Positions 8,479 to 18,850 are shown, numbered from the stretch's first letter. The stretch is 64,000 bases of DNA from a virus (IMGVR_UViG_3300033144_003744:22904-86903); one strand, 5' to 3'. Notes: generated by a model not told the origin, from the sequence alone. Program-made: numbers and translations.

Positions 8479-10035
8479 TTATTCTATATATTGTTCTATC
8501 ATACCAACTGTATCAATATCTTCTATTCCTTTGTCTGTTCTAAATCCCATAAACTGTGGGAATCTTAAACCTATTTCTCCAGATTCATTTCTCATAACTT
8601 TCTCAGATTTTACTTCTATTATAATGGGATCTTCCCAACATTTATAGTCTTCTAAAGTTTCATATATTGGATTATTTATTATTCTTTCTGTAATCTGTCT
8701 AAGCTCAGAATGAGTAAATCCACCCCCACATTTACCAACAGATCTCAGGTTAACATTATCAAGTACAGCGATATTAAAGCTACTGAGCATGCTCAGTTTG
8801 TCTCCTGTACCAAATGTAGCTCCAGTTATAACAACATCAAATCTAAGTTCTGTGGGTTTATACTTATACCAATTTCCCCACTCACTTTTCCCCTGACCAC
8901 AATCATATGTGCCTATTGGATTCTTTATCATTACCCCTTCGTAACCAGCTTTTACACATTCTTTATGATATTTTAAAAGTTCATCCTCATTATTAATGTA
9001 TAACTTACCACCAGATAAACCACCACAAACATTAATAAGTGTCTGAGTTCTTTCTTCTTGTGATGCCATAGTCATATCTTCTGGTCCTAACATTAAAACA
9101 TCAAACAATCTAATAGTCACCGGATACTCATCAATATCATCATCAGTAACATCTTCTCTATTCATTCTATGTTGATACTTATTAAATGCCATTGGACTAC
9201 CATCAGGATTTACTCCATATATCTCACCATCGTAAATTCCAGGTTGTATATTCTCTTTCTTTAATAGTTCTACAATATCAGGAAAACTATCTGTCTTATC
9301 CTTTAATGACCTTGAAAAAATCTGTATTTTACCATCTTCATGGACATGTACTTGTGCCCTGGAACCATCATATTTAGGTTCGGCTAAAACTGGATACTCA
9401 ATTCTATCCATATGTTTTGAAATATCCTTAGCAAGTTGTGGTTTTACAGGGATACCAATTACTAATTCATCAGGTCCACCATTAAGTATTCTAATAATGT
9501 CTGTCATAGACTCATATTTTTTGTGTAGATTTGACACATATTTATTATCTTCATTATATATCTCAGCTAAAGACCAGGACAATACATTCATGCCTATCCT
9601 TACTCTGAGTTTATTAAGAAGGATATTAATAAAATATTTCTTTTCAAGATCATTCATTATAACCAAATTATAATGTAATTCATATTCCTTTTGTTTTGTT
9701 TTAATGCCTAAATTTTTAAATAGTTTATATATGGTAATAAGTTGTAAATCTACACCACTATTACTATTAATATCTAATTCACCAGAAAACATATCACCTA
9801 ATGTTTCATATTTTTTAGACTTATCATAATCATAATATGTATCAATAACCTTTTGAACAGTTCTTTTACTATATCCCACAGCCTCATTTTCCAAGGGTTT
9901 GCCCAACATAAAATTGCAAGCAATAATCTGATCCTCTGGACTAAGATTAGAAAGATAATCTGCTATCTGTCCTCTGGCCTCCTTTGGATTTTTCATGTTT
10001 TCTAAAAGGTTGTATAGTGTTTTGAATTTATTCAT
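8479..10035 (-). CDS. lig: ATP-dependent DNA ligase (archaeal/eukaryotic type with DNA-binding domain)
   Basis: motif I EPKYDGSR, DGEI, FDVL, EGVMIK, WYKYKP, LRFP. Confidence 0.95.
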   Translation of the reverse strand: MNKFKTLYNLLENMKNPKEARGQIADYLSNLSPEDQIIACNFMLGKPLENEAVGYSKRTVQKVIDTYYDYDKSKKYETLGDMFSGELDINSNSGVDLQLITIYKLFKNLGIKTKQKEYELHYNLVIMNDLEKKYFINILLNKLRVRIGMNVLSWSLAEIYNEDNKYVSNLHKKYESMTDIIRILNGGPDELVIGIPVKPQLAKDISKHMDRIEYPVLAEPKYDGSRAQVHVHEDGKIQIFSRSLKDKTDSFPDIVELLKKENIQPGIYDGEIYGVNPDGSPMAFNKYQHRMNREDVTDDDIDEYPVTIRLFDVLMLGPEDMTMASQEERTQTLINVCGGLSGGKLYINNEDELLKYHKECVKAGYEGVMIKNPIGTYDCGQGKSEWGNWYKYKPTELRFDVVITGATFGTGDKLSMLSSFNIAVLDNVNLRSVGKCGGGFTHSELRQITERIINNPIYETLEDYKCWEDPIIIEVKSEKVMRNESGEIGLRFPQFMGFRTDKGIEDIDTVGMIEQYIE

Positions 10036-10340
10036 TTGTTCACTTCCCTGAAATAATAATAACGATATATCGGATCTTCTGGATCTCTAATGGTTCCGAT
10101 ATAATTAGTATACAATCCCGCTGAAATATCCACATCATCACCATCAAGGGTGCTAACACAAAGGTCTTCAGTCTGTGCTCCAACTTCTCTATCCTCTGTA
10201 TCTGGTTCAGTCACAAGCCAATAGTCAGAAGCTAAGAAGCCAATTTCTAATGGATTCAATCCAAATTTTTCTTCAATTTCTATTTCAGTTAACATATTAT
10301 TTATCCTCCATTTTATAATCAAGACACTTACTAGTATCAT
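10032..10340 (-). CDS. hypothetical protein, paralog of 10424..10639
   Basis: EIGFLASDYWLV...IRDPEDPIYRYYY. Confidence 0.55.
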   Translation of the reverse strand: MILVSVLIIKWRINNMLTEIEIEEKFGLNPLEIGFLASDYWLVTEPDTEDREVGAQTEDLCVSTLDGDDVDISAGLYTNYIGTIRDPEDPIYRYYYFREVNK

Positions 10341-10423
10341 CTACTGTAATCAATTCCTTTATACATCTAAAATGTTTATTGAAAATACAATCTCCTGCTC
10401 CACATCCTTGTCTAGTTATTGTT

Positions 10424-10639
10424 TTATTCATGTTCATTCACCTTATAAAAGTAATAATACTGTCTATATATTTCATGATCTGGGTCTTGTATTGCATTTA
10501 TAAAATATTCATATACAGGGTAATCTTTAGTTATACTTTGTGGAATAACTAACCACCAATCTGAAATACAGAAGCCCATTTCTCTGAATCTAAAATTATC
10601 ATTCATGTTATTTACCTCATTGCACAATGAAGTGCCCAT
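10424..10639 (-). CDS. hypothetical protein, paralog of 10032..10340
   Basis: EMGFCISDWWLV...IQDPDHEIYRQYY. Confidence 0.55.
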   Translation of the reverse strand: MGTSLCNEVNNMNDNFRFREMGFCISDWWLVIPQSITKDYPVYEYFINAIQDPDHEIYRQYYYFYKVNEHE

Positions 10640-10791
10640 TGATATCGCAAATCAATTGAAACTTTACCCAGTGATAATATTTCTACAATAGAATCACCAA
10701 TACCCATAAATCCACTTATAAACATATCTCTTTGTAAAATACCGGATTCATTATTAACTACGTGTATATTTATTTTCATATTATTACCTCT

Positions 10792-11085
10792 TTATTCTTT
10801 TATACCAAATTGGCTCACAAGATTGATTATAAACTCAGGAACGTGATCTATAAGTCCTCTCTCACGTACCCACAAGGCGATACATTCATACTTTGGATAC
10901 CTTGCTATATCTCTATAAATTTGTTGTCTCATTGTATCTAATATTTTAATTTCATTGTTTTCAATATAATTATTAATTACATCTATTTCCTTATTAGTAA
11001 ATCTACCTTTATTTTTACTTAATTTATCCATTGCCTTTAACCAGCGGATATTGTTTATCAATTTTTCTTGATCCATGTTATTCAA
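10792..11085 (-). CDS. hypothetical protein
   Basis: 97 aa, first gene of a leftward unit, GGAG RBS. Confidence 0.55.
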   Translation of the reverse strand: MNNMDQEKLINNIRWLKAMDKLSKNKGRFTNKEIDVINNYIENNEIKILDTMRQQIYRDIARYPKYECIALWVRERGLIDHVPEFIINLVSQFGIKE

Positions 11086-11134
11086 CTCCTTAACTACTTA
11101 TATGTTCTTATCTTACTTAATACTTATGTATTTT

Positions 11135-11160
11135 GACACCAAATGGTGTCCTTTATATAC
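11135..11160. promoter_or_regulatory. palindromic operator next to a TATA box between divergent units
   Basis: GACACC-AAAT-GGTGTC (11135-11150) followed by TTTATATA. Confidence 0.55.
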
Positions 11161-11182
11161 TCATGTCGTCCATTTAATAGTT

Positions 11183-11308
11183 ATGAGAAAATGTACTCTT
11201 AGATTAGATGATGAACTTCATGATGATGTAATTGAATACTGTGATAGAAATGGTTACAAGATGATCGGATTAATTAGAGTTTTATTGAGGGAGCGAATTT
11301 ATGAATAA
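11183..11308 (+). CDS. ribbon-helix-helix (CopG/Arc-like) regulator
   Basis: MRKCTLRLDDELHDDVIEYCDRNGYKMIGLIRVLLRE; probably leaderless from the TATA box at 11152. Confidence 0.75.
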   Translation: MRKCTLRLDDELHDDVIEYCDRNGYKMIGLIRVLLRERIYE

Positions 11309-11813
11309 AACAAAAACATTCACACAGTATACTGGTGATTTATTTTCAATAAGAGTTGTAATTGGAATTAAAGGTAATATAAGGGGCAAAAGTGATTTAG
11401 CATTTTTAGGGGAACACAAAAAAAAATATAATAAACAATGGAATAAAGATAATGAAGAGTATAGAAAAGAACGTGATAGACAATATTATAAAGATAACCA
11501 AGAACATTTAGAAGAATATCGTAAACAATGGAATGAAGATAATAAAGAATATAAAAGTGAGTATCAAAAACAATATTATAAAACATCTGCTGGAAAATTA
11601 ACAATAAAAAGAAGTAATGCTAAAAGAAAAAATTTTGGTTTTATCCCTTTAAATGACTGGTTTAAAAATTGTGAAGGACACCACTTAAATTACGATGATG
11701 TAATATTTATACCAAAGGAATTACATAGAAGCGTATATCATTCAGTAACACAGAATATAAACATGAACGAAATTAATAATGCTGTATTTGAGTGGTATGG
11801 GGAGAATCAATGA
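11301..11813 (+). CDS. His-Me finger (HNH-like) homing endonuclease
   Basis: EGHHLNYDDVIFIPKELHRSVYH...INNAVFEW. Confidence 0.8.
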   Translation: MNKTKTFTQYTGDLFSIRVVIGIKGNIRGKSDLAFLGEHKKKYNKQWNKDNEEYRKERDRQYYKDNQEHLEEYRKQWNEDNKEYKSEYQKQYYKTSAGKLTIKRSNAKRKNFGFIPLNDWFKNCEGHHLNYDDVIFIPKELHRSVYHSVTQNINMNEINNAVFEWYGENQ

Positions 11814-13591
11814 GGTTTACTAATAATACTGGATTCAATATTGAAACACACGATATAAAGGCAACTAGCTTAACCCAAATTAGGAAAGAGATACCTAAAA
11901 TAATGGAAGATAGCGCTGATATTATAATACTAAATCTTCAACAAGGTCTCGGTAAGAGCTTTAACGCCATGCAATATATGAGTACAAACTCAAATACCAT
12001 GTTCCTCACAAGTAAACACGCATTACTCGACGAACTAGAGAAATATTTTAATGATAAGAATTTAGAAACAATTCATTGGCGGGGTATATCGAATAATAAA
12101 TCCCCATGTATACAAAAAAATACTAAGTTATTTAAAGATTTAATAAATCTTGGGTATAAAGCTAATTTTATATGTGAAATTATGGCTTGTGATTTTTGCC
12201 CTTATAAAGAACAATTTAAACATACTGAAAGAGTTTTAGCGCCCATTCAATATCTTAATACAGCATATCTAGAAAATGATGACAAAGCAAGATTTGAAAC
12301 TTTTATTGTCGATGAGAGTATCACACAGATAAATAAATTTCCATATGATTTAGAATATTTACTTGAAGTTATTAAACCATTGTATCATTTTTCATCCTTT
12401 TGGTTTTATGAGTTCTTACAAAATTTGTTAAGAGATAAAAATGTAAATGGCCTTGAATTATATAAGAATGAGATATCAACTGAAATTAAAGGAGCTTTAA
12501 AAAACATCTATGATTTAATAGATGAAGATGAAAGTATTGAATCTATTGAAAGTCAAACATGGAAAAATGATATTATACACTTATCTAAATTTAGTATAGA
12601 CGATATAATTACATCATTAAAATTTCAAAAACTGTATAACTTTGAAATATCAGACTGGTATGAACCAAACATTTACAAAATATTTAATTTATCACAAAAA
12701 TCTAAGGTTATATTACTCCATGCGACTTTCAATCTGGATCTATTCACTGATATGATTTCTAGTTTTAGTTCAGAGATTGGCATTAATAAACATATAAATG
12801 TTAAAGTATTCAATTCTAAGCTTCAAAACAAATCAACTAAAGTTTATAATGTAAATAAATCAGCTTACTATCCAAATTATTCACTTGAAAGAGGAGGTAT
12901 AAAAGAAATTAGTGATCATGTAGAAATTATTACTAATCAAATTGGCGCAAAAAATATCGGGGTTATAGGATTATCCAAATATAATAAACATGGAGAATAC
13001 ATAGATGAAACGTTCTTAAAAAGTGGAATTGATTCACTTCACTTTGGGAACAGCACTGGGAGAAATATTTTAGAAAGTAAGCAATGTTTAGTCATAGCCG
13101 GTTCTTGGATGCAGGGCGGGATAATTGATGACTATAATAAAATATATCTTGATAATCTAAAACAGAAAGATTGTAAAGCTCTTGAAGTTGAAAAGGGAAC
13201 CCCATATACATTTCATCCAGAAATACATCCCAAATTACATTTAGTTCAGAAAATATTTAATGAGGGTGAACTTTTAGATTCAATGCATAGGAACAGAGGA
13301 CTCATACATGATAATAGAAGTATTGTTGCCTTCTCTCACATACCCGCTCAGATATACCATGACTTTGATGTAATTGAAGATAAGAAGATAGAACTTACAG
13401 ACTGGAAAACAATATATCCGAAGGCTGAAGTTCCCATTTACGAACTTGTAAAAGACTACCTAGAAAACTCAGACAAAACAGATTTAGAAATAGCTGAAGA
13501 ACTTAATATGATTAAGGATGAAGGGTATGATGTTGAATTGGTTAAAAGGATGAGAAGACATTGGGAAGAAGCGAGAGAGTTTGGGATATGA
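11810..13591 (+). CDS. divergent superfamily-2 helicase-like replication protein with a Cys cluster
   Basis: Walker A QQGLGKS, Walker B IVDES, motif III-like LHAT, HFGNSTGRN, HRNR; C...C..C..C cluster. Confidence 0.65.
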   Translation: MRFTNNTGFNIETHDIKATSLTQIRKEIPKIMEDSADIIILNLQQGLGKSFNAMQYMSTNSNTMFLTSKHALLDELEKYFNDKNLETIHWRGISNNKSPCIQKNTKLFKDLINLGYKANFICEIMACDFCPYKEQFKHTERVLAPIQYLNTAYLENDDKARFETFIVDESITQINKFPYDLEYLLEVIKPLYHFSSFWFYEFLQNLLRDKNVNGLELYKNEISTEIKGALKNIYDLIDEDESIESIESQTWKNDIIHLSKFSIDDIITSLKFQKLYNFEISDWYEPNIYKIFNLSQKSKVILLHATFNLDLFTDMISSFSSEIGINKHINVKVFNSKLQNKSTKVYNVNKSAYYPNYSLERGGIKEISDHVEIITNQIGAKNIGVIGLSKYNKHGEYIDETFLKSGIDSLHFGNSTGRNILESKQCLVIAGSWMQGGIIDDYNKIYLDNLKQKDCKALEVEKGTPYTFHPEIHPKLHLVQKIFNEGELLDSMHRNRGLIHDNRSIVAFSHIPAQIYHDFDVIEDKKIELTDWKTIYPKAEVPIYELVKDYLENSDKTDLEIAEELNMIKDEGYDVELVKRMRRHWEEAREFGI

Positions 13592-14348
13592 AGAGAGATA
13601 GGTAATCTCCCTTATTTTTATTTATACTTATTATTAATTATATCCCATTTTTTATTAAATTCTTCTGTTAATTCATCTGACCAATGCTCTTCTAAACCAT
13701 ACTCCATATGATAATCAGCAATCAAATTTATTTCTTCTTTGTTTCTTAATTTTAATTTGTCTTCGTTATTCATTTTAATCACTCCTTACACACATAATAC
13801 GTACAATCTTCATACCTTTTAAAATCATCAGTTCCAGGATAACACTGATGTAAAATAATTTTTTCTCCTGAAATACTGGCTCTGTTTATGTTCATGCATT
13901 TATTACATGAGTCGTTATAAAATTCACATGTCATTTTTTAGTTCCTCTAGTCTTGCCTTTATTTTATTGAAATCATAATTTACTTCATGAAACATACACT
14001 CACGATCTGTACAACTTGAGCAATTTTCTATGCATTCCATTTATAACACCTTTGTTATTTCTAACCCATGACCAAGACAGTTAGATGCTGCTGATGCATC
14101 GAATACTTTACTCATAAATTCAGTAAGGGCTATCTCTGTAACTACTGAGCTTCTATCATCCATGTCTATAATGTATTGTTGTTTCATTTTAAAGTCCTTT
14201 ACTTAAATAATTACGCAATATACCTTCGATACTATGATCGTCTGCATCTTCTAAGACACAATCTTCACATTTTATACCTGCGCATCCTTTATATAAATTT
14301 CTAATACCAAGTAAAATATTATCTACATCTTCATTAAAATCTTTCATG

Positions 14349-14561
14349 TTATTCATCTCCATATGTTTTTATTAAGTCTCTCATATAATGATCTGCAAAT
14401 TCTGTAGCTTTGTTTATAGATTTACACTTAATATCTATTGTCTGTTCCCCTATTATTCTTACTGTATATACTGGTCCATTAGAATATTTAATTCTTGCCT
14501 TTATGAATCCATTTAAATATTCTTTGTGGTATCCGAATTTTCCCTTTATCCATTTAGACAT
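14349..14561 (-). CDS. hypothetical protein
   Basis: 70 aa ORF, GAGG RBS. Confidence 0.55.
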   Translation of the reverse strand: MSKWIKGKFGYHKEYLNGFIKARIKYSNGPVYTVRIIGEQTIDIKCKSINKATEFADHYMRDLIKTYGDE

Positions 14562-14953
14562 TTTTAAAACCTCACTCTAAATCTTTTTTTATGACAATTG
14601 ACACACCTATAACGACCATCATATCCGAGAACAAAATCTATTTCTCGCCCTCTTTTATCACATTCATGACATCTCATATTTTTCTCCTCAATTTATCTAC
14701 CTTACGTTCTACCCACTCTTCATATTCTCTACGTTCATATTCGTCATAGCGTGATTTTTTGTCATTCTCAGATTCCATTACTATACCTCTAATTACTCAA
14801 ATGCTGTGCTGTCCTTGCATCAGTTCCCCATTTATATATCTGATTACAATGAATTCTTTCACTACAAACAGTACAATAGTATCTATTTTTATCTCTGCAA
14901 TTATCAGAGTTTATTTCATGTATCATAAATTCTACATCATTCATAATATCACC

Positions 14954-15148
14954 TTATTGTTTCATAACCATATTCTGTTCTATAAAATTTAACATTATTC
15001 TTAATTTTTTTATACCTTCTGGATATATTCTTATTTCAGTTTCTACATCTTCAAGAGAAAAGGTTAAAACTGACACATCTAATTCTCCCATCTCTTCAAA
15101 TGTAACTTTTGCATCGCAATCTTCATCCAAGTATTCTATTATGTTCAT
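14954..15148 (-). CDS. hypothetical protein
   Basis: 64 aa ORF, GGAG RBS. Confidence 0.55.
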   Translation of the reverse strand: MNIIEYLDEDCDAKVTFEEMGELDVSVLTFSLEDVETEIRIYPEGIKKLRIMLNFIEQNMVMKQ

Positions 15149-15500
15149 TGTTAATCATCTCCTTTTATCAACAACATCATCTTTATATTGAAAATCCCAC
15201 ATCAGATTTTTTAATACTTTGAGATGTACATACGCCATTTTTATCAAAATATTGTTTTATTCTATTACATCCCATTTTATCATTCCATTCACAATCTTTG
15301 TTTAAACATTGTAACATATTTATTCCTCCATAACTTCAACTAAAAAACTGGGACTAATTGTCCACTGTCCACTTGTTTTTACTTTCCTATGCCACAATTC
15401 ATAAAGCCCTATCAGTTTACCTTTAGTAAATCTTTTAATATTCATTAATTTATATTCGTTTCCATCTGGGAATGTCTCGATTGTTCCTATGTTCATATAA

Positions 15501-15686
15501 TCACTTTAGTTTTATATCTCCCGTATATTCCTGTAACCAATCTAAAACCACTTTAAGGGTTGTATCAGTTATTTCATTAATTTCTACATGGTCGATATTT
15601 ATATTTAATTGTGATACTCCATGTCTAATATCACTTTGTAACATACCTAATATATTATTAACTGTAATTATCTGTGTAGTATCCAT
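15501..15686 (-). CDS. hypothetical protein
   Basis: 61 aa ORF abutting the DUF262 gene. Confidence 0.55.
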   Translation of the reverse strand: MDTTQIITVNNILGMLQSDIRHGVSQLNINIDHVEINEITDTTLKVVLDWLQEYTGDIKLK

Positions 15687-16199
15687 TTATCCCACCTCAT
15701 CTAACATCTTTCTAACTCTATCAAGCTCATTATTAGTATGTACAGTGCCACCGGTATTCATTTCTAGATACCAGGTTAGTACTTCTTTTTTAGTTTTGAG
15801 ATTATTAATATGTACCTTAAGAGTAATATGCATTAGTCTAAGTCTATCTTCATACTCTGATTTATAATATCCAAATACTTTTAATTCATTATTCGTAAAC
15901 TTTAGACATGAAGTGATTCTTTGTAGACCGTCAACACATACAAATTCACCAGTAAATTCTACCATCCATCCAGGCATATTAAAATATACATCTCTTCCAG
16001 ATCTCCCACCTTTTAATAAATATTCTACATAAGCTATTTGTTGCTCTTCTGTCCATACATGTCCCCTTTGAAAATCAGGATTTAATTGAAGGTTATGGTT
16101 TTCTTTGTGGTCATCTACCCAAGTTGATAAATAATCCAATCCTATATCTACATCATAAGGAGAACTTTTTGTAAATTGTGGTATATCTATAAATTTCAT
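15687..16199 (-). CDS. stand-alone DUF262 (ParB-like, GmrSD N-terminal) domain protein
   Basis: PDFQRGHVW and VDGLQR motifs. Confidence 0.85.
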   Translation of the reverse strand: MKFIDIPQFTKSSPYDVDIGLDYLSTWVDDHKENHNLQLNPDFQRGHVWTEEQQIAYVEYLLKGGRSGRDVYFNMPGWMVEFTGEFVCVDGLQRITSCLKFTNNELKVFGYYKSEYEDRLRLMHITLKVHINNLKTKKEVLTWYLEMNTGGTVHTNNELDRVRKMLDEVG

Positions 16200-16212
16200 A
16201 TTAAATCTCCAT

Positions 16213-16467
16213 TTAACTCATTGGATATGTGGGAAGAGTTTTATCAGTTCTTTCTATGTAATCGAAATTAATATTATCGAAGCCTACCCTGAAATATTTT
16301 TGTCCATCATAGAACAAAATATATGCCCCATATTGAGGTTTAGTTATTCCTAAATCTTCATTACACCATTGGCCATAATTGATTTGACCGATTAAATGAG
16401 GTTTTGTTATGTCTGTGATATAATCGTATACTAGTAATTCATTTTTATTCATAATTATTTCCTCCAT
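16213..16467 (-). CDS. hypothetical protein
   Basis: 84 aa ORF. Confidence 0.5.
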   Translation of the reverse strand: MEEIIMNKNELLVYDYITDITKPHLIGQINYGQWCNEDLGITKPQYGAYILFYDGQKYFRVGFDNINFDYIERTDKTLPTYPMS

Positions 16468-16633
16468 TTAACATAAATTCCTCAAATACTTTATCCTCTA
16501 ATCTCTTCAATTCTAATTTACATTTACTACATAAATCATATTCTCTCATTTCGTGCTTTACTGTTATAAATAGTGTAAGTTTTGTATTTAACTTTTCACT
16601 ATATCCACATTTATCACATATTCTTTTCTTCAT
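16445..16633 (-). CDS. small Zn-finger protein
   Basis: CDKCG...YDLCSKC. Confidence 0.6.
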   Translation of the reverse strand: MKKRICDKCGYSEKLNTKLTLFITVKHEMREYDLCSKCKLELKRLEDKVFEEFMLNGGNNYE

Positions 16634-16739
16634 ATTTATTTCTCCTTTATATATTGTTTTATTGTTATAAATAATTAACCTATATTAAAATATTAATGGT
16701 GTTATTTATATACTTATTAATACCATATAGTATATTATC

Positions 16740-16820
16740 ATGACAGCAAGAACGATTAAATTAGATGACGAATTGAATAAAGCTGCTTTTGAATGGCTAA
16801 AGAATAATAAAGATTGCTAA
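16740..16820 (+). pseudogene. 26-codon RHH/HNH fusion remnant
   Basis: MTARTIKLDDEL plus NKAAFEWL; promoter resembles the one at 11143-11161. Confidence 0.5.
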
Positions 16821-17337
16821 AAAGCAACCCTTATATACTTAAGGCAACAATATATTATATTGCGAAGCCTTAGTTGTAATCTGCCATAGTCGCAAAGATA
16901 TCATTTTTCTATAATTTCAATTACGTTATGAAGGATCGCTATTAATATTGTTTTATAAAATATACAACATTCTTTTGTCTCTTCATCATATGAAAGTTTA
17001 TCACCATTGATAAACCCAACACGTTCACCGTCTTTGTACACATGATAACCATGTGTGTAACCCTTTTTAATTGTTATCATTTTAATCTACTCCTTCTGGT
17101 TTACTACTATGACAATATAAATCTTGAAAACTTACTTCTAATTTAATTTCATCACATTGACATATACCATCAATATTATTTTTACATTCTTCATCACATT
17201 TTACTATTGTCATTTTAATTCACTTCATTAAATCCATCATACATAATAGCATCATAATACATATCACATTCACACCTTAAAAAACATTGTGAACATGGGG
17301 ATAGGTCGCAGTCGTTACATTTTTCTGAAGCTTTCAT

Positions 17338-17610
17338 TTAAAACACCTTAAATCCTAACCTTTTTAAATCTTCTTTATTAATCACTTTCATCATAGACAA
17401 TCTAAAAAACATATCAATAACTTCTTTAAAGATACAGGAATCAAACACCATTCCGAAATCATCATTGCCAAAAACAGATACCCTATAAGTTCTAACAGTT
17501 CCGATATTACAAGGTGTAATGTCACCATGATACATTAACTTTACTTTATTTCCATAATGGTTTTTATACCAGTCGTCATCTGTTAGTTTATATATGTATG
17601 ATCTTTTCAT
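17338..17610 (-). CDS. hypothetical protein
   Basis: 90 aa ORF. Confidence 0.55.
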   Translation of the reverse strand: MKRSYIYKLTDDDWYKNHYGNKVKLMYHGDITPCNIGTVRTYRVSVFGNDDFGMVFDSCIFKEVIDMFFRLSMMKVINKEDLKRLGFKVF

Positions 17611-17805
17611 TTGAACACCTAAAGTTTTAATTTATCTTTTCTCAATATAGTTTTGATTACTTTCCATCCATTACATTTATTCCTGCATACAACTCTAGTA
17701 CATTCACTATTATTATAATATCTTACTTTACCACCACAGTCAGGACATCTAAAAGTATCAACTTTTGGTTTGATGGTTTTTACATATTCTTCATAGTTCA
17801 TTTTA

Positions 17806-18081
17806 TCACTTCCAAGATTTGCCCCACTGTTCCATATGTTCTCTACTTCTTTTTCTATCACTAAATGCTATAACTAACAATGAAATTGGAAATAGTATTA
17901 TAGTTATTAAGCTTAATAAACTACCAATAACCTGAATCATTCCTTCTTTGAAATCTTCAAGTGATCCAATTAAAGCAGGTAGAAATCTACTTTTATTAAA
18001 CCACATTAATTGTGGGATACTCATCTGTGCAATGTTATCATAACAGTTTATTATCTTATTGTTTTCATCTCTTTTGATCAT
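17806..18081 (-). CDS. small membrane protein
   Basis: hydrophobic C-terminal segment. Confidence 0.5.
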   Translation of the reverse strand: MIKRDENNKIINCYDNIAQMSIPQLMWFNKSRFLPALIGSLEDFKEGMIQVIGSLLSLITIILFPISLLVIAFSDRKRSREHMEQWGKSWK

Positions 18082-18306
18082 TTATCTCACTCCTTTATTA
18101 ACAATAATACTTTTACTTCTATCAATAATATAATAAGAATCGTAATATATTTCCTTTAGATAAATCAATACTTCATCAATAGTGTCAAAACTATTTTCAT
18201 ATTTGTCTAAAACTATTGGAAATAAATTATTTGTATATAATAGATATTGTTTCATTTTAATTTCCTCCAGGATTGAATCTAAGCCACAGGATTAGAAGAT
18301 ATTAGG

Positions 18307-18660
18307 TTAAAGGTATGATTCCATATCTTCAAGTTCATCGGTCATGTTAATCTCTTGTGTAGTAGATTCATATCTTAATTTATCCCTTTCCATTTGTTTT
18401 TTATGTTCTAATTCTTTTTGTTTTTCTTCAAGCTCAATTTTACCTTTATCTAATTCAATTTCTAATTTTTCTTTTCTTTCTTTATTAAGTTTATATTTTT
18501 CTCTTCTTCTATCATTATTAGATGGTTGAATATTAGATTTATTAATGTGCGATACTCTTCCTTTGTTTTCAAACGATTCATTTTCATTAATTAAACAATT
18601 AATATTTGTTTGTATTTCATTTTCAGTGTAAGAAAATAAAGATAGTGTTTTGATTCTAAT
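18307..18660 (-). CDS. 117-codon ORF absent from the ORF track (ATT start or frameshifted start)
   Basis: open frame IRIKTLSLFSYTENEIQ...KEKLEIELDKGKIELEEKQKELE...ESYL*; N-terminus resembles the 3460 HEG leader. Confidence 0.6.
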   Translation of the reverse strand: MRIKTLSLFSYTENEIQTNINCLINENESFENKGRVSHINKSNIQPSNNDRRREKYKLNKERKEKLEIELDKGKIELEEKQKELEHKKQMERDKLRYESTTQEINMTDELEDMESYL

Positions 18661-18760
18661 AAAATCACATCCTTCTATATATATATATGTGGCCCATTTT
18701 CACCGCACACAAGAGAGCCCTTAAAAATGGCAATGTCTCTTGTTAGTGGTGCAAAAAACA

Positions 18761-18836
18761 TATTATGACGACTTCCTAAAGAGAATTTTCGTCATAATAC
18801 GGTAACAATTTATTAGTGTTTTCGTCATAATACGGT
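18761..18836. repeat. iteron-like repeats
   Basis: TTTTCGTCATAATACGGT at 18786 and 18819, plus inverted core TATTATGACGA at 18761. Confidence 0.75.
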
Positions 18837-18850
18837 CATTACCTTTAAAA

